From the NCBI GenBank assembly GCA_964016885.1, contig OZ024748.1, forward strand, positions 13,578,001-13,642,000: a DNA stretch of 64,000 nucleotides, given 5' to 3'. This document shows positions 29,707 through 44,507 of this stretch, piece after piece. Position 1 is the stretch's first letter; each line of letters opens with the position of its first letter. This stretch comes from Eledone cirrhosa. Its lineage: Eukaryota. The notes below the pieces were generated by a model. That model was given only the letters and a program-made list of their open reading frames with translations. It searched no databases and was not told the origin of the DNA. Both the position numbers and the translations under genes were made by a program.

Positions 29707-30102
29707 ATATATATCTTTCTATCTATCCTCTTCTTTATTTCTTTTTCTGCTCCTCTTTTCGGTTTGTGTTTGTCTATACATGACTTACTACAAAACGAAA
29801 AAAATGTTTCTCAGATTTTGCTTTCTTTGCATAGTTTCTCTACTTGGTCTTGTTTCTATCTCTACTTCTCAGTTGCAGCAATTTGCTTTGTAACAAATTT
29901 TATGTTTGAGATTATTCGAAAAACCTTTCTTTTGTCCATGTATACTGGGGCTAGTGGTATTGACCTTAAAGAACCGAAACCAGGATGATCCCCAGCAGTC
30001 GACTTATTTGAAGAGACTGTCCTCTGTTTTGTCCGTCTTCCCGTTGTGATTCATCCAAAGGTTGTTTTATTTTTATATATTTTGAATATTCTTAGTAAAT
30101 TT

Positions 30103-30232
30103 TATCGACCTCGTTATGATGAAAGCTAAAGTGAGTCTCGGGGAGATTTGAACCCAGAGCGTAAAGATCCGTAAAGATCCGTAAATTTATACGGCAAAGC
30201 ATGTTGTCCGGCACACTACACATTCAGCCAAT
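30103..30232 (-). mobile_element. SINE family 2, diverged
   Basis: ttttatcgacc..gttatgatgaaagctaaagt...gatttgaacccagagcgtaaag. Confidence 0.6.
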
Positions 30233-30589
30233 AATAACAGACATAAATCGTAGTTTTAGCCGCAGTATATCAGATAACAATTTCATTGTTTGAGGCAGTC
30301 ACAAAGCACTCAATGGTGTGAAATGTTAATAAATTTTCATCCAGAGTAAACACAATGATAAGATAGTGAGACAGCAAGAAAAAACCGACTAAATGCATGT
30401 GGGCATATATAGCGTGTGTATGTGTGTGTGTGCATGTGTGTCTGTGTGTGTGCGTGTGTGTACGTGTGTGTGTGTGTGAGTGTGTGTGTTGTGTGTGTGT
30501 GTGTGTGCTTGTGTGTGTATATATATATATATGCATACATATATACATAAATGTGTTCCCGGGTTCAATCGGGGGTAGAAACCATTTTA

Positions 30590-30621
<32 letters not shown>

Positions 30622-30630
30622 TTATATATA

Positions 30631-30709
30631 CAGGGTGTCCCCAAAAATGTATACACACTTCAACAGCATTCTATTAAAAGTGTATATAGAAATTTTGTGG
30701 GACCCCCTG
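30631..30709. mobile_element. 79 bp Tc1/mariner-type MITE
   Basis: TA-cagggtgtccccaaaaat...attttgtgggaccccctg-TA. Confidence 0.75.
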
Positions 30710-30885
30710 TATATATAATATATATATATAGTGAAAGAATGCAGAATAACATGGTTGGCTGTACAACAAGGGGCTTTATTTCAGGTATTTCATTGATCAG
30801 GTGAGTCTAGAGGTCGCTAATCGCTTGAAGTTGCGTCACTCGATCTCCATTACATTATTTACCTCTGATCAACACATCAGAATAC

Positions 30886-30947
<62 letters not shown>

Positions 30948-31196
30948 TTATTAAAATAACAGATTAATAAATATTTGCTCTACGGTTCTTATATATTTGA
31001 TATATATTTATCCTTATTGAGCCCTCTTTGGATTTTAGTCTTCAAATTTATTATTATTACTATATATATATATATATATATATGACTCCAGTTCCTCACT
31101 TAATTAACAACCCAACAAGGAACTGGGCATATCAGAGTATTGACAATATTATACACCTAAACAACATATGTACTTGTCTATACCATACTAATTCAA

Positions 31197-31251
31197 ACTG
31201 CCTGAAGAGGTCACAGCCAAAGATGGCTGTCACTGAAATATATATAGCAGT
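31197..31251 (+). ncRNA. minimal type I hammerhead ribozyme (family F)
   Basis: actgc-CTGAAGA-g-gtcacagcc aaagat ggctgtcac-t-GAAA-t atat a-TA-gcagt; palindromic loop 3; lies in TA-flanked island 31083-31398. Confidence 0.82.
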
Positions 31252-31413
31252 AGTAAACGAAGCTAAATTTTAATCATTTGACTTTTATTTAACTTTATTT
31301 TACACTACTCCGGAGTAACCAAACCAACCTGCGCACTTCGTCGAGTGCTCCAGCCTGCATACTGAGGTGTTGGTATACAACCAACATAAACTCAATATCT
31401 ATATATATCTGTA

Positions 31414-31489
<76 letters not shown>

Positions 31490-31969
31490 TATATACATAT
31501 ATAAGTATGTGTGTTTGTGTGCTTTACATATGCCTGTACACCAGACACTGCTGAAACATTTATTGACTTTGATAAATACGTGTGAGACTGAGAGAAACCT
31601 CGTACATTCATATATTATTTCATAGCAGACAGAGTTTTGAATCTACAGTTGGTATTTGTAAAAAAGAATATGGCGGAAATGAAAGTAAAGTTAGTAAATA
31701 GTCAATTTATCATGGCGGCAAATACGATGTTATTGTTGTTGATGTTGTTGTTGTTCATACCTTCCTATTCGTTTTTATTTTCATGTTTTTCTATTCTTTG
31801 TTGTCTTCTTCCATTAAAATCATTTCTCTTCTTCTTCTTTGTTGCCTTGCTTTTGTTATTGTTGTTGTTGTTGTGGTGGTGGTGGTGGTGGCAGCGTTGG
31901 TTGTTTTTCTTTTTCGTCATCATCTCGTTTTTGATGTTTCTCTGCTCGTGGTTCTTCTTCTTGTTCTTG

Positions 31970-31972
31970 TTC

Positions 31973-32004
<32 letters not shown>

Positions 32005-32221
32005 CTTCTTCTTCTTCTTCTTCTTCTTCTTCTTCTTCTTCTTCTTCTTCTTCTTCTTCTCCTCCTCCTCCTCCTCCTCCCCCTCCTCCTCATCCTCCTC
32101 CTCCTCCTCCTCCTCCTTGTTGTTGTTCTTCTGCTTCGTGTCAATAATATCATTATCGTTACATTTATAAATATTTAAATATTTCTAATTTTAACATTAT
32201 TTCGATTGTATTTATTATCAT

Positions 32222-32317
<96 letters not shown>

Positions 32318-32333
32318 CACTACTACTACTACT
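31970..32333. repeat. triplet microsatellites (TTC)n, (TCC)n, (TAC)n
   Basis: Directly visible. Confidence 0.95.
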
Positions 32334-32530
32334 AAATCTACTAATCTTAATCTTCTCATTTTATTCTATTTTTTCTTCCTCCTCCTACTCTTCCTCCCCC
32401 CTCCTCTTCTTATTTATATTATTATTGTTGTCCTTAATGTTATACTTTATGTCAACCCTCGTGGTTAATAAAGAAAACATTATTATTAATATTATTATTA
32501 TTATTATCGATATTATTATATTTAAAGTTT

Positions 32531-32626
32531 TACTCTAGGTTTCTAAGTGGAGGATATTATTGTTTTGTATTTTTTCCTTTTGTATTCTTTCATTCCTAAT
32601 AACATTTTGTTGTTGTTTTTGTTAGT

Positions 32627-32676
<50 letters not shown>

Positions 32677-32818
32677 ACTACAATAACAACAACGAAACCA
32701 ACGAAGTTAGAAGAAGCATACAACTAACAAAAGCAACAACAAAATGTTATTAGGAATGAAAGAATACAATAGGAAAAAATACAAAACAATAATACCCTCC
32801 ACTTAGAAACCTAGAGTA
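32531..32818. repeat. inverted duplication centred on a (TA)n tract
   Basis: actctaggtttctaagtggagg...aacattttgttgttg pairs with caacaacaaaatgtt...cctccacttagaaacctagagt. Confidence 0.85.
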
Positions 32819-32825
32819 TATATAG

Positions 32826-33050
<225 letters not shown>

Positions 33051-33182
33051 TATATGTATATAACTATATATATATATATATATATATATAACTATATATA
33101 TGTATATATATAACTATATATATGTATATATATATAACTATATATATGTATATATATATAATTATATATATGTATATATATA

Positions 33183-33250
<68 letters not shown>

Positions 33251-33631
33251 TATATATATATATGTGTGTGTATATATATGTATATATATATCCGTGGTTG
33301 TTGTTATTATTGTATATATTATATTTCCGTTTATTTTTATTATATTATGTAACATCTTCTATTTAGTGGAAAGGCGAAAAAGATAAAAAATAACGAAAAT
33401 TATAGAAATATCAACAATAATACTTTTTTTTGTGAGTTGGCAGCATTGGTTTCGATGTTGGACTTGTTATTGTGTGTTCTTGTTGTTTGTGTTGTTGCAG
33501 TTCACAAAACATTTCATAGTTACTTTGATACGTAATTTTATTTACATTTTCCATTACTGTGGTAGCACCACATCTGCTGTCTTTTCAAACGATCTTAGAC
33601 ATACAACATACACACTCACTCTCATACACAC

Positions 33632-33686
<55 letters not shown>

Positions 33687-33972
33687 TATGCATATATATA
33701 TATATATGTATATATATATGTATTTATATATATACATTTATATATATATATATATATATTGATATATATATATATATGTGTGCGTGTGAGTTTATGTGTA
33801 TAGTCAGATACTCACACACACACAGACACATATGTATCTATATATGTATATATATATATATATATACATGTATATATATATATATATAAAGAAGTGAGTG
33901 TTTGTATATATGTATCTATTAATTTGAATGAATATAAATAAATAGAGAGAGAGAGTGTGAGAGAGAGAGACA

Positions 33973-34026
<54 letters not shown>

Positions 34027-34403
34027 TAAAGAGAGGGTGTGTGCAATAAGTGGTCTTGCTTAAAATGTAGATATATTTAATATTTGACAGAAGTAATTCT
34101 CAGTGATACTAAATCCTATGTCTATATATGATGTTATATTAATGGTATATGATAGATTCACATAGCTCTGTGGGTGCATACAGATAAAAACTTTCTCTTT
34201 TTTATATCAATGTATCCAAAAGTGGCTGCATATTCCGCATCATTAGTAAAAGAGCAGACATATTTGATTCGTAATAGTACATTATTTTATCTCTTAAACA
34301 AAGTAGTTAAATTGTCCTGTGAAATATATACACACACACACACACACACGCACGCAGAAATAGACGCGCATAAACACACATGTGTTTATATATAAATATA
34401 TAC

Positions 34404-34437
<34 letters not shown>

Positions 34438-34443
34438 ATATAC

Positions 34444-34477
<34 letters not shown>

Positions 34478-34505
34478 GTACATATACATATATATATACA
34501 TATAC

Positions 34506-34552
<47 letters not shown>

Positions 34553-34583
34553 TATAAATATATATACATATACATATATATGT

Positions 34584-34761
<178 letters not shown>

Positions 34762-34786
34762 AGGGCGGGTAAAATTCCCGAGAGAA

Positions 34787-35301
34787 CTCGTCCATGGAGG
34801 ACGCGTTCTCTACAGCGGTCTCCGTCCCTCATTATCGCTGCCATGTCCTGCGTCTCCAACAAACCAGTGTCTGTCCTTGGGGCATCAACATACGTTAACC
34901 TTGGTCTTCCTCAGCCAGTGTGTACATGTAGGGGCTCTTACAGGTGCACTGATGTAGGCGGGAAGCCGCTAGAATTGGTTGAGGGCTTCCTGTATTTGGG
35001 AACAAAGATTGGGAATACGGAAGATGATGTGGTTGAGAGGAAGAGCAAAGCCTGGGCGGCGTGTCACAGCTTGAGTTCGGTGTGGAAGTCGGACCTTCGT
35101 AAAGACCTGAAAATCCGTCTCTTCATTACTGTAGTGCAGTCTGCCCTGCTGTACAGGTCTGAGACTTGGACACTGACCAAGAAACTCACTCAGATGGTGG
35201 AAGGGTGCTACACGAGGATGGCTCTGATCATTAATCAGTATACACTGAGAATGAAAACTCAGAGCTGTATGCGAGCCTCCCAAGAGTCAGCTCAAAAGTG
35301 A
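34787..35301. mobile_element. RTE-clade LINE 3' fragment with 5' inversion
   Basis: Plus 34951-35300: [14 protein letters not shown]...[21 protein letters not shown] (post-RT thumb). Minus 34787-34950: [10 protein letters not shown]...DMAAIMRD C-terminus. Confidence 0.88.
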
Positions 35302-35398
35302 TATATATATATACATGCATGTATATATTTATATATATACATATATATATACATATATATATACACATACCTATATATATACATATCTATATACATAC

Positions 35399-35551
<153 letters not shown>

Positions 35552-36112
35552 CACATATATACACACACATATATATTTACACACGCACGCACACACACAC
35601 ACCCATATATATATATATATTTATATGTACACACAATTGTCAGCTTTAATTGAACAGGATATCCTCTACGATATACTTAATGAATCATCTATTGTAGTTT
35701 TCTATATTACCGGAAGCAGCCGGTAAATGTGAGAAAGTCTTCGTTTCCTGCGGATCAAATATGTATGCCAGAGATAAGATATATATCGTATAACACTAGA
35801 AACTTCCAGATATATATGGACATTTCTACAATTTATTTCATTAATCTTTTTATTCGTGTATTGATTTCAATTATTAGACAGCGGCCATGCTAGAGCAACT
35901 TCTTGAGTTTATTCCATGTACTACAGTTCTGAAGACTGGCACTTATTTTAGGGGACACGATTTTGTCGAAACACCGGATGAATGGGATATTTAAAATAAA
36001 AACGTTTAAGGAATGAGTAGATATAGAACTTCCAGTGATGCAATGCAACACACGAGAGATCTTACATAATATTTTCCGAATGGGGGTTTAAACATCTCTC
36101 TCTTTCTCCCCC

Positions 36113-36187
<75 letters not shown>

Positions 36188-36198
36188 CATATATATAC

Positions 36199-36312
<114 letters not shown>

Positions 36313-36525
36313 TTTACGTATCGAGAAAGAGAGAAAAAGGAGGGATAGGTGATACATATAGTTATTTGCCAAGTAGCGTATGCCAAAGGTGCTCGATACT
36401 AGTGCCGGCAGTATTAAATATTTGCAGTGTTAATATTTAGTGGGCTAGAGAGTTAGCAGAGCGTAAGCACGTGGGAAAGTAAAAAATCGGAGAATAGACC
36501 GTTAAAACATGTTTATTTAAAATAT

Positions 36526-36565
36526 CACCTACGTAAGTTTCGCCCAGTTGGGCTTCTCAAGGGCA
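36526..36565 (-). ncRNA. hammerhead ribozyme candidate, U3-A8 core variant
   Basis: Minus: gccc-TTGAGAA-gccc aact gggc-GAAAC-ttac-GTA-ggtg; stem I is weak. Confidence 0.6.
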
Positions 36566-36860
36566 TAAATAATCACAAGTGTTCCTTATATAGTTCGGAA
36601 AGAGTTTTGGGGGTTAAATCTACATCAAGATTCATTGCTCGCAAAAATATCTTGTTTTGATTTTGCAGCAGGTCAAGGGAGGTAACTTTGGCCGGTGTTA
36701 GGGCAGTCTTTCCCGGATAATTTTTTTTTTTTTTTTTTTTCGCCGCATCCGTTTGTCTGAGGCTGGGTCTGGTATTCAAGGATTGTTTTCTGGGTGTTAT
36801 TTTGCTACGCCTGCCCGCCGGGGTATTATGACTTGTTGCAGGGAGATCCAGTGTACTATT

Positions 36861-37055
36861 TCACTCTTCATTCTTAACCCATCTAAAGAAGGATATTTTT
36901 AAGCGATGTGTACAACTTATCGCTGTTTCAGTTCTGCTGTTGATGAGCTCGTGGGGTGCAGTTATGATGTGGTAGAGCTCCATGAGGCAAAGATTGCATT
37001 TCCTCTTGAAGTTGTACGGTGCAGCCCTGCCGACAATCTCCCAGTGCGTGGAGAA
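36861..37055 (-). pseudogene. 5'-truncated Penelope-like element ORF C-terminus
   Basis: Open frame not in the ORF track: [64 protein letters not shown]. Fits W.I...A..Y...K.C.LC..E...I.....LN.R.E....C.H of invertebrate PLE endonuclease ends (recalled). Confidence 0.75.
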
Positions 37056-37056
37056 G

Positions 37057-37179
<123 letters not shown>

Positions 37180-37210
37180 CTATATATATATATATATATA
37201 TATATATAAG

Positions 37211-37257
<47 letters not shown>

Positions 37258-37276
37258 CTATATATATATATATATA

Positions 37277-37612
37277 TTAGTTAAAACAATGAAAAAAAAA
37301 TCAAGTCATTAGAGATATACTTCACTGCTTTACGATCGTTTATAGGTGATGATAATACATTGTAGCTATACTGCGTTATTGATCTCTATAAGGTTAGTTA
37401 GAAAATATCAGATAAAGAGAATATTTACTTACATGCATAGCACCAGCTGTGAAAACATATATGCATGTAAGTAAATATTCTCTGATATTTTCTATCTAAC
37501 GTTACATAGATCAATAACGGTGTATAGCTACAATGTATTATCATCAACTAGAAACGATCGTAAAGCAGTGAAGTATATCTCTAATGACTTGATTTTTTTT
37601 CATTGTTTTAAT
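37277..37612. mobile_element. ~335 bp fold-back element adjoining (TA)n
   Basis: ttaaaacaatgaaaaaaaaatcaagtcattagagatatacttcactgc pairs with gcagtgaagtatatctctaatgacttgattttttttcattgttttaa. Confidence 0.85.
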
Positions 37613-37744
37613 TTATATCATGACTCTGTTTTCCTTTTAATGTTTTATTGTTTTCCGGGATTTATCTTAACCTACAACATATTCAACATATGTATTTCAT
37701 CGAGTTCTTTATGCAGAATAGAACCCACAACTTACTGTGGATAC

Positions 37745-37806
<62 letters not shown>

Positions 37807-37831
37807 ATATATATGTATATATATATATATG

Positions 37832-37933
<102 letters not shown>

Positions 37934-37950
37934 CATATATATATATATAC

Positions 37951-38054
<104 letters not shown>

Positions 38055-38567
38055 TGGACCAAAGGTTGGAATACATAGGGGAAATAATTGCATTTTAAAG
38101 TTCCCATATTTACTTAATTCTTAACATATACCTTTCTAATTTATAGCTAAAGAAATTTCCTCTCCATCGCGACAATTCATTTCACTCTGTATATAATAAT
38201 ATCTCAGGGGAGAGAGCTGTATAACAGAAGGTCATCATTATGAAACCCTACAAAATCGATGATTTCAGCCTTTAACACACACAAACACATATAGGTATAT
38301 ATAAACAGCGAGGATATCAGTGAAATTAATGCATCTCTAGTTGCATCAACATAAAATATATCATTCAAGTGTGTTTCTTTGAATAAATGGTGTATCTGCA
38401 TATGTTGTATAAATCTGTATATGTAGTAGTGCATGGATAGCGTATAGATGAGTGTTTGTGCATGTGTGGCTGAAAAATTCAATTTCACGTCATATGCTTA
38501 CTCATCGAAATATATGAAAATCAATCTGCATACAACAAGATTATATATATATATGTATATATATGTA

Positions 38568-38622
<55 letters not shown>

Positions 38623-38685
38623 ATATATGTATATATATATATGTATATATATATATATGTATTTATATATATATATATATGTATA

Positions 38686-38769
<84 letters not shown>

Positions 38770-38965
38770 TATACTTAGAGAGAGAGCTTCTAGATGTTGC
38801 TTCCATTTATATATCTTTTTATCTATATGTACATATAAATATATATATAAATATGTGTTTGTGTGTGTATATACATATGTATATATAGGCAGATATTCGT
38901 GCGTGTGTGTGCTTATGCATGCATGTGTTTTGTAGGTACACATATATATATATATATATGTGTGC

Positions 38966-38999
<34 letters not shown>

Positions 39000-39084
39000 A
39001 TATATATATGTGTGTATGTATATACGTATATACATATATACCTTCAAATATGCAAATATATATACATAATAATTTCCTATTCTG

Positions 39085-39147
<63 letters not shown>

Positions 39148-39196
39148 AATAGGTAAGTAAATAAATAAATATATAGTTGTATATATATATATATAT

Positions 39197-39261
<65 letters not shown>

Positions 39262-39557
39262 TATATGCATTCTCCATTCCTATACTTGCCGGTCTGATCA
39301 CGTAACACAACCAAATATATATAAAATAAAATAAAATATAATGATTTCTCTACGAAGCCAATCCATTCACATATCTCCCGCAGTCAAGTCATCATTTATA
39401 TGCGTTCCACGTTGTATTTCCGTTTTAAACAGGAAATAATATCACTTGATCTGAATTGGGTGTTTACCTTTTTGAAGATGCAATATCATGTATGATCTGT
39501 AAGACATAATGATATGTACATGCATCTAAGTGCTCGTGCATAGATATTGATTTATGC

Positions 39558-39666
<109 letters not shown>

Positions 39667-39694
39667 TGTATATATATGTATATATATACGACCT

Positions 39695-39743
39695 CACTAC
39701 GACCTCAACATATATATATATATATGTATATATATATATGTAA

Positions 39744-39835
<92 letters not shown>

Positions 39836-40120
39836 ATATATATATATAAACATGCATATATACATACACACGCACACACACACACCACATTTATATAGAT
39901 ATATTTCTTTATTTGCCACTAGGGCACAGGAGAAAGAGACAAACACAGAGAGGGGAGTTTACATAAATGCGAGTAATAAACATACATATACTTTAATCTA
40001 CATATATATATGCCCACATACATAAACATACATACATACATATGTGTGTATAAAGATATATGTGTGTGCGTGTATATATATATATATATATATACACTCA
40101 CACACACATACACACACACG

Positions 40121-40183
<63 letters not shown>

Positions 40184-40208
40184 ATGTGTGTGTGAGTGTA
40201 TATATATG

Positions 40209-40281
<73 letters not shown>

Positions 40282-40437
40282 GCACACATACATATCTATA
40301 TACACACATATGTATGTATGTATGTCTATGTGTGTGGGCATATATATATATGTAGATTAAAGTATATGTATGTTTATCTATGTATATATATATATATTGT
40401 GGTGTATGTGTGTGCGTGTGTATGTTTATATATATAT

Positions 40438-40519
<82 letters not shown>

Positions 40520-40529
40520 AGGTCGTAGT
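39695..40529. repeat. large diverged inverted duplication of microsatellite-rich DNA
   Basis: cactacgacctcaacata / tatgttgaggtcgtagtg at the ends; aaacatacatatactttaatctaca / tgtagattaaagtatatgtatgttt inside. Confidence 0.8.
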
Positions 40530-40865
40530 GACACGGGGGATCAATAGGATAGGCTCATAAATGCATCAATCTACTCTGCATATTTTTTCTATATGTACAT
40601 GGATGTATGTGTCTATGTATGTATGTATATGTGTGTGTCTATGTGAGTGTACCTGAGTGTGTGTGTGTGTGTGCAGCTGTTGGTGTGTTCTCTCCACATA
40701 CATGTATGTAGGTATCTTTTTAAAGACATATATATATGGTGGCAATAGGTATTTATTTTCTTTCGTGATATTATTTTACTATTATATTATATTGTTATAT
40801 CATATAAATACATATACATAGCCACCCACCCCATGTATACATATATATATACATACACACACACC

Positions 40866-40903
<38 letters not shown>

Positions 40904-40945
40904 CTCACACACACATACATATATGTGTATATATATATATTAATA

Positions 40946-41017
<72 letters not shown>

Positions 41018-41067
41018 TAAACGGAATAGAAAATGCTGACAAATGTATAAAAATCAATACAATATAA

Positions 41068-41143
41068 TTACCTCATTACCAGAGGTTTCCCGAATGAGGC
41101 GAATACGAAAGAATCGTCTTCATTCGTTCGTCAGACGAGGCAA
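41068..41143 (-). ncRNA. type I hammerhead ribozyme (left arm)
   Basis: ttgcctcgt-CTGACGA-a-cgaatga...tcattcg-g-GAAA-cc tct gg-TA-atgaggtaa. Confidence 0.78.
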
Positions 41144-41144
41144 C

Positions 41145-41222
41145 ATTGCCTCGTCTGACGAACTAATGAAGACGATTCTTTCGTATTCGCCTCATTCGGG
41201 AAACCTCTGGTAATGAGGTAAT
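41145..41222 (+). ncRNA. type I hammerhead ribozyme (right arm)
   Basis: attgcctcgt-CTGACGA-a-ctaatga...tcattcg-g-GAAA-cc tct gg-TA-atgaggtaat; 10 bp stem I including G-U pairs. Confidence 0.75.
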
Positions 41223-41324
41223 TATATTGTATTGATTTTTATACATTTGTCAGCATTTTCTATTCCGTTTACCAATATATAATAACTTGTGTGTTACACC
41301 TCTATTCTTTTAACTATATATATA

Positions 41325-41426
<102 letters not shown>

Positions 41427-41525
41427 AAATATATATATACATATATGTATGTGTGTGTGAGGGTATATATATATATATTGTTATACATTGGGAGGGTTAT
41501 ATATATAAAAATATATATTTATATA

Positions 41526-41662
<137 letters not shown>

Positions 41663-41800
41663 ATATGCAGAGGTTATATTTAATTTGTTGGCATTCAACA
41701 AGCTTAAACATTTTTATAACTGATATAAAGCACTCAACATATAAGTGGAGTAAATACACAATATATTATTAAATGGAAACTATATTTACAAAACCATATA

Positions 41801-41866
41801 TATTTTATTATACATATTTCAAGGGCAACCAAGGCAAATTATGGTGCGCTTTCATCAGATAAAATA
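41801..41866 (-). ncRNA. minimal type I hammerhead ribozyme (family E)
   Basis: Minus: tattttat-CTGATGA-aagcgcacca...tggttgccctt-GAAA-t atgt a-TA-ataaaata. Confidence 0.8.
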
Positions 41867-42465
41867 CAGATTTGTTTTATAAATAAATATTTACATACCC
41901 GGAAAAAAAGTCAACCTTTACGGTTGGATTTTCCTGGATAGTACATTTATTGAGGGTGATACACAGTTATGAGTGAGTATGCAAATGAGTGTCCGAAAGG
42001 TTTAAAAGATAATGGCTTATTTAAATTAAACTGTTGGAAGAAGATGATATGTAAGGGAGAGAGAAAAAAGAAAAAAAGAAAAAACAAAAGAGAAAGATAG
42101 AAGAGGAAAGAAAGAACGATTATATATATTGATAGTGAAAATAAAGTGCATGAAGAAATAAGTTTCCAAGGATAACTATACACAGCGTAAGTATATCTAA
42201 GTGAAAGAAGAAATAAGATTAACGTGGAAGAATAATATTTATAATGCAGGGTTCATTACGTTTTGATTATAATACTTATAATGATAGGTTGAAAAATTAG
42301 ATTAAAATTAAATTCGTTCTGCCTCCGCCGGTTGAAAGAACTAGTAGTAAACACTGCTAGTAGTCACGTGGTTTCTCCGAAGGGAGGTAACCGCCGGTTT
42401 TGGCGGTCAAATTCAAAATTTGAACAAAGGATTTAATTCCTTTACACAAACCGAATGAAAGCTCT

Positions 42466-42518
<53 letters not shown>

Positions 42519-43496
42519 TTGTGTGAGTGTGTGTGTGTGTGTTAGTAACATGGACACGTACCCAATGCATTCAGCGTCACAAATGTTGTAGGAATGCTGG
42601 CCCCTTGAATTTTATGTATAATCCCTCCGTATACACTTCATGTATTCCCAATTTGACTCCCATTTCAGGGATCGAACTGAATCTACGGTAACTAACACTT
42701 GTCTATTAAAACAAGCTGTGGGATCGAGCTCAGTATCTTAACCATTCCCCTATGCTACATTTACAAGAATTTTTTTATATGTTCTCTGTGATATGTTATC
42801 AAATAATGAGCCCTTTATAGTTTTTTTCCGCTGTCATTTGCAAGACTGCTTGCTCTAACTTGGTTGAAAATAATCAACTCTTTTATATATAGAAACAATT
42901 TTCGAATTCAGAAATGACCTTTTTTAATATACTAATATAAATTCATATCAAACTGTTAAGAACCTTTTGCAGAAACCATCTGGATAAGAAGGCATTTCTC
43001 AATTTATGCACGAAATATAATTCCTCCATTAACAATTGGTTGTAAATGTCGGTCTTATCATTCTGTATTATTGCGTGTTCGACTTTTGGGTGTGTGTTCA
43101 GTCTCCATAGATTACGTCGATGTGTGTTCCACTTGACTAGATCGATACAGCATTGTGCTCATGTCATTTATAAGCACGTGTAGCATTAATATAGTACATA
43201 TAAGGAATTATACTGGGACAATGTGTGACACAGATGGTCATTTGGATTGCAGGTACAATTTACTTTTGCCAGCTGAGTGGACCAAATTTGTTTGTTCAAA
43301 AACACAAGGCACAGTCGAATATTAATCTCACGACCTAAACATTTTTAATCGTGAATCTAACATCCCACCCATTCTAATATCCCACTCTAAGCCATATGAA
43401 ATCATGTATGCTGGAATATATAATCAAAACAATTATAAGAGTTTCAGCAAATTATCGTTATATGTATATATATATACTTATATATCTATATATATA

Positions 43497-43628
43497 TCCT
43501 GATGATTTCTCACGAATGAAACAATTCTAAGAATGTAGAAGCCTTTTCTATATTAAATATTTATACTCTGCTTTGTATTGAGTAACTTACTGGCTGTGGC
43601 TACTCTCGATTGAACATGGGATAAACTT
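43497..43628 (+). mobile_element. family A copy truncated within hammerhead stem I
   Basis: tcCTGATGAtttctcacgaatGAAAcaattctaagaatgTAgaagc plus tail. Confidence 0.8.
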
Positions 43629-44239
43629 ATATATATATATATATATATATGCATACACACAAACAAACACACACACAAACACACACACATATATATAACC
43701 CTTTGATTTCCAACTTCTACAGCCCACTATCTTTCACACACACACACACTCACACATATACACACTTACACTTATACACACACAGTTACACACACATATA
43801 TATTTACATACACATATCTTACGGCTTTTACACGCTAACGCACCCTCTTGATTTAACCCATTTGGTCAGTAGCTTTTGCCACAGCCTATCACGCGCACGC
43901 GCATTCTTTCCCTCGTTTAAATTTTAAATATTTTTCTCCCCATAACGGCATTCCTGTCTTAACGACATCACAACTTTCTCCGCTTGGCCTGTTTCCCCCC
44001 TTTTGGAACTTTTCCCCCGTTGATGGGCGTGAGCCCGAAATATTGGCATTAAATCTCTACTACGGTAACCCTTCTACCTTTGTTTTGTTTTCATCTTTGT
44101 CTCTCTCAATTTTCACTTTCACCTGTTTTTCCTGTCTATATTTCACTTCCTACCTCGAGATTCCCCTTTGCATTGTTGTGGCTTTCTTAAATACGTATTT
44201 TACACATTTCACAATGCTTCAAGCAAACTTTAACACCCT

Positions 44240-44282
<43 letters not shown>

Positions 44283-44455
44283 ATACTATTTATAGTTATG
44301 TACATAGTATAAACAACTATACACAGGAAGGTCAGTAATTTCTTAATTACCTTATTACCAGTAAGAGAAGTAGCTCAATGCATGAACATCAGTTGTTTTA
44401 CAGACCAGTTAAATAAATAAATTATACAATTATCAAAGTTGTGTTCAAATCATTT

Positions 44456-44507
44456 AATAGCTGACAATCGTTTCTTCCAAACTCTCGTTTGGAATCATCG
44501 GAGCATT
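44456..44507 (-). ncRNA. minimal type I hammerhead ribozyme, C4 variant (CCGATGA)
   Basis: Minus: aatgct-CCGATGA-ttccaaac gaga gtttggaa-GAAAC-gatt-GTC-agctatt; 8 bp stem II. Flank 44500-44700 is homologous to 2309-2490. Confidence 0.7.

Larger units (their letters stand above)
41013..41276. mobile_element. near-perfect 264 bp palindrome made of two back-to-back hammerhead units
   Basis: Arms are almost identical reverse complements, centred at ~41144. Confidence 0.9.

Noticed and set aside
44014-44052. gggc gtga gccc-GAAA hairpin preceded by ccgttgat
   Set aside because: Core is mutated and there is no stem I pairing.
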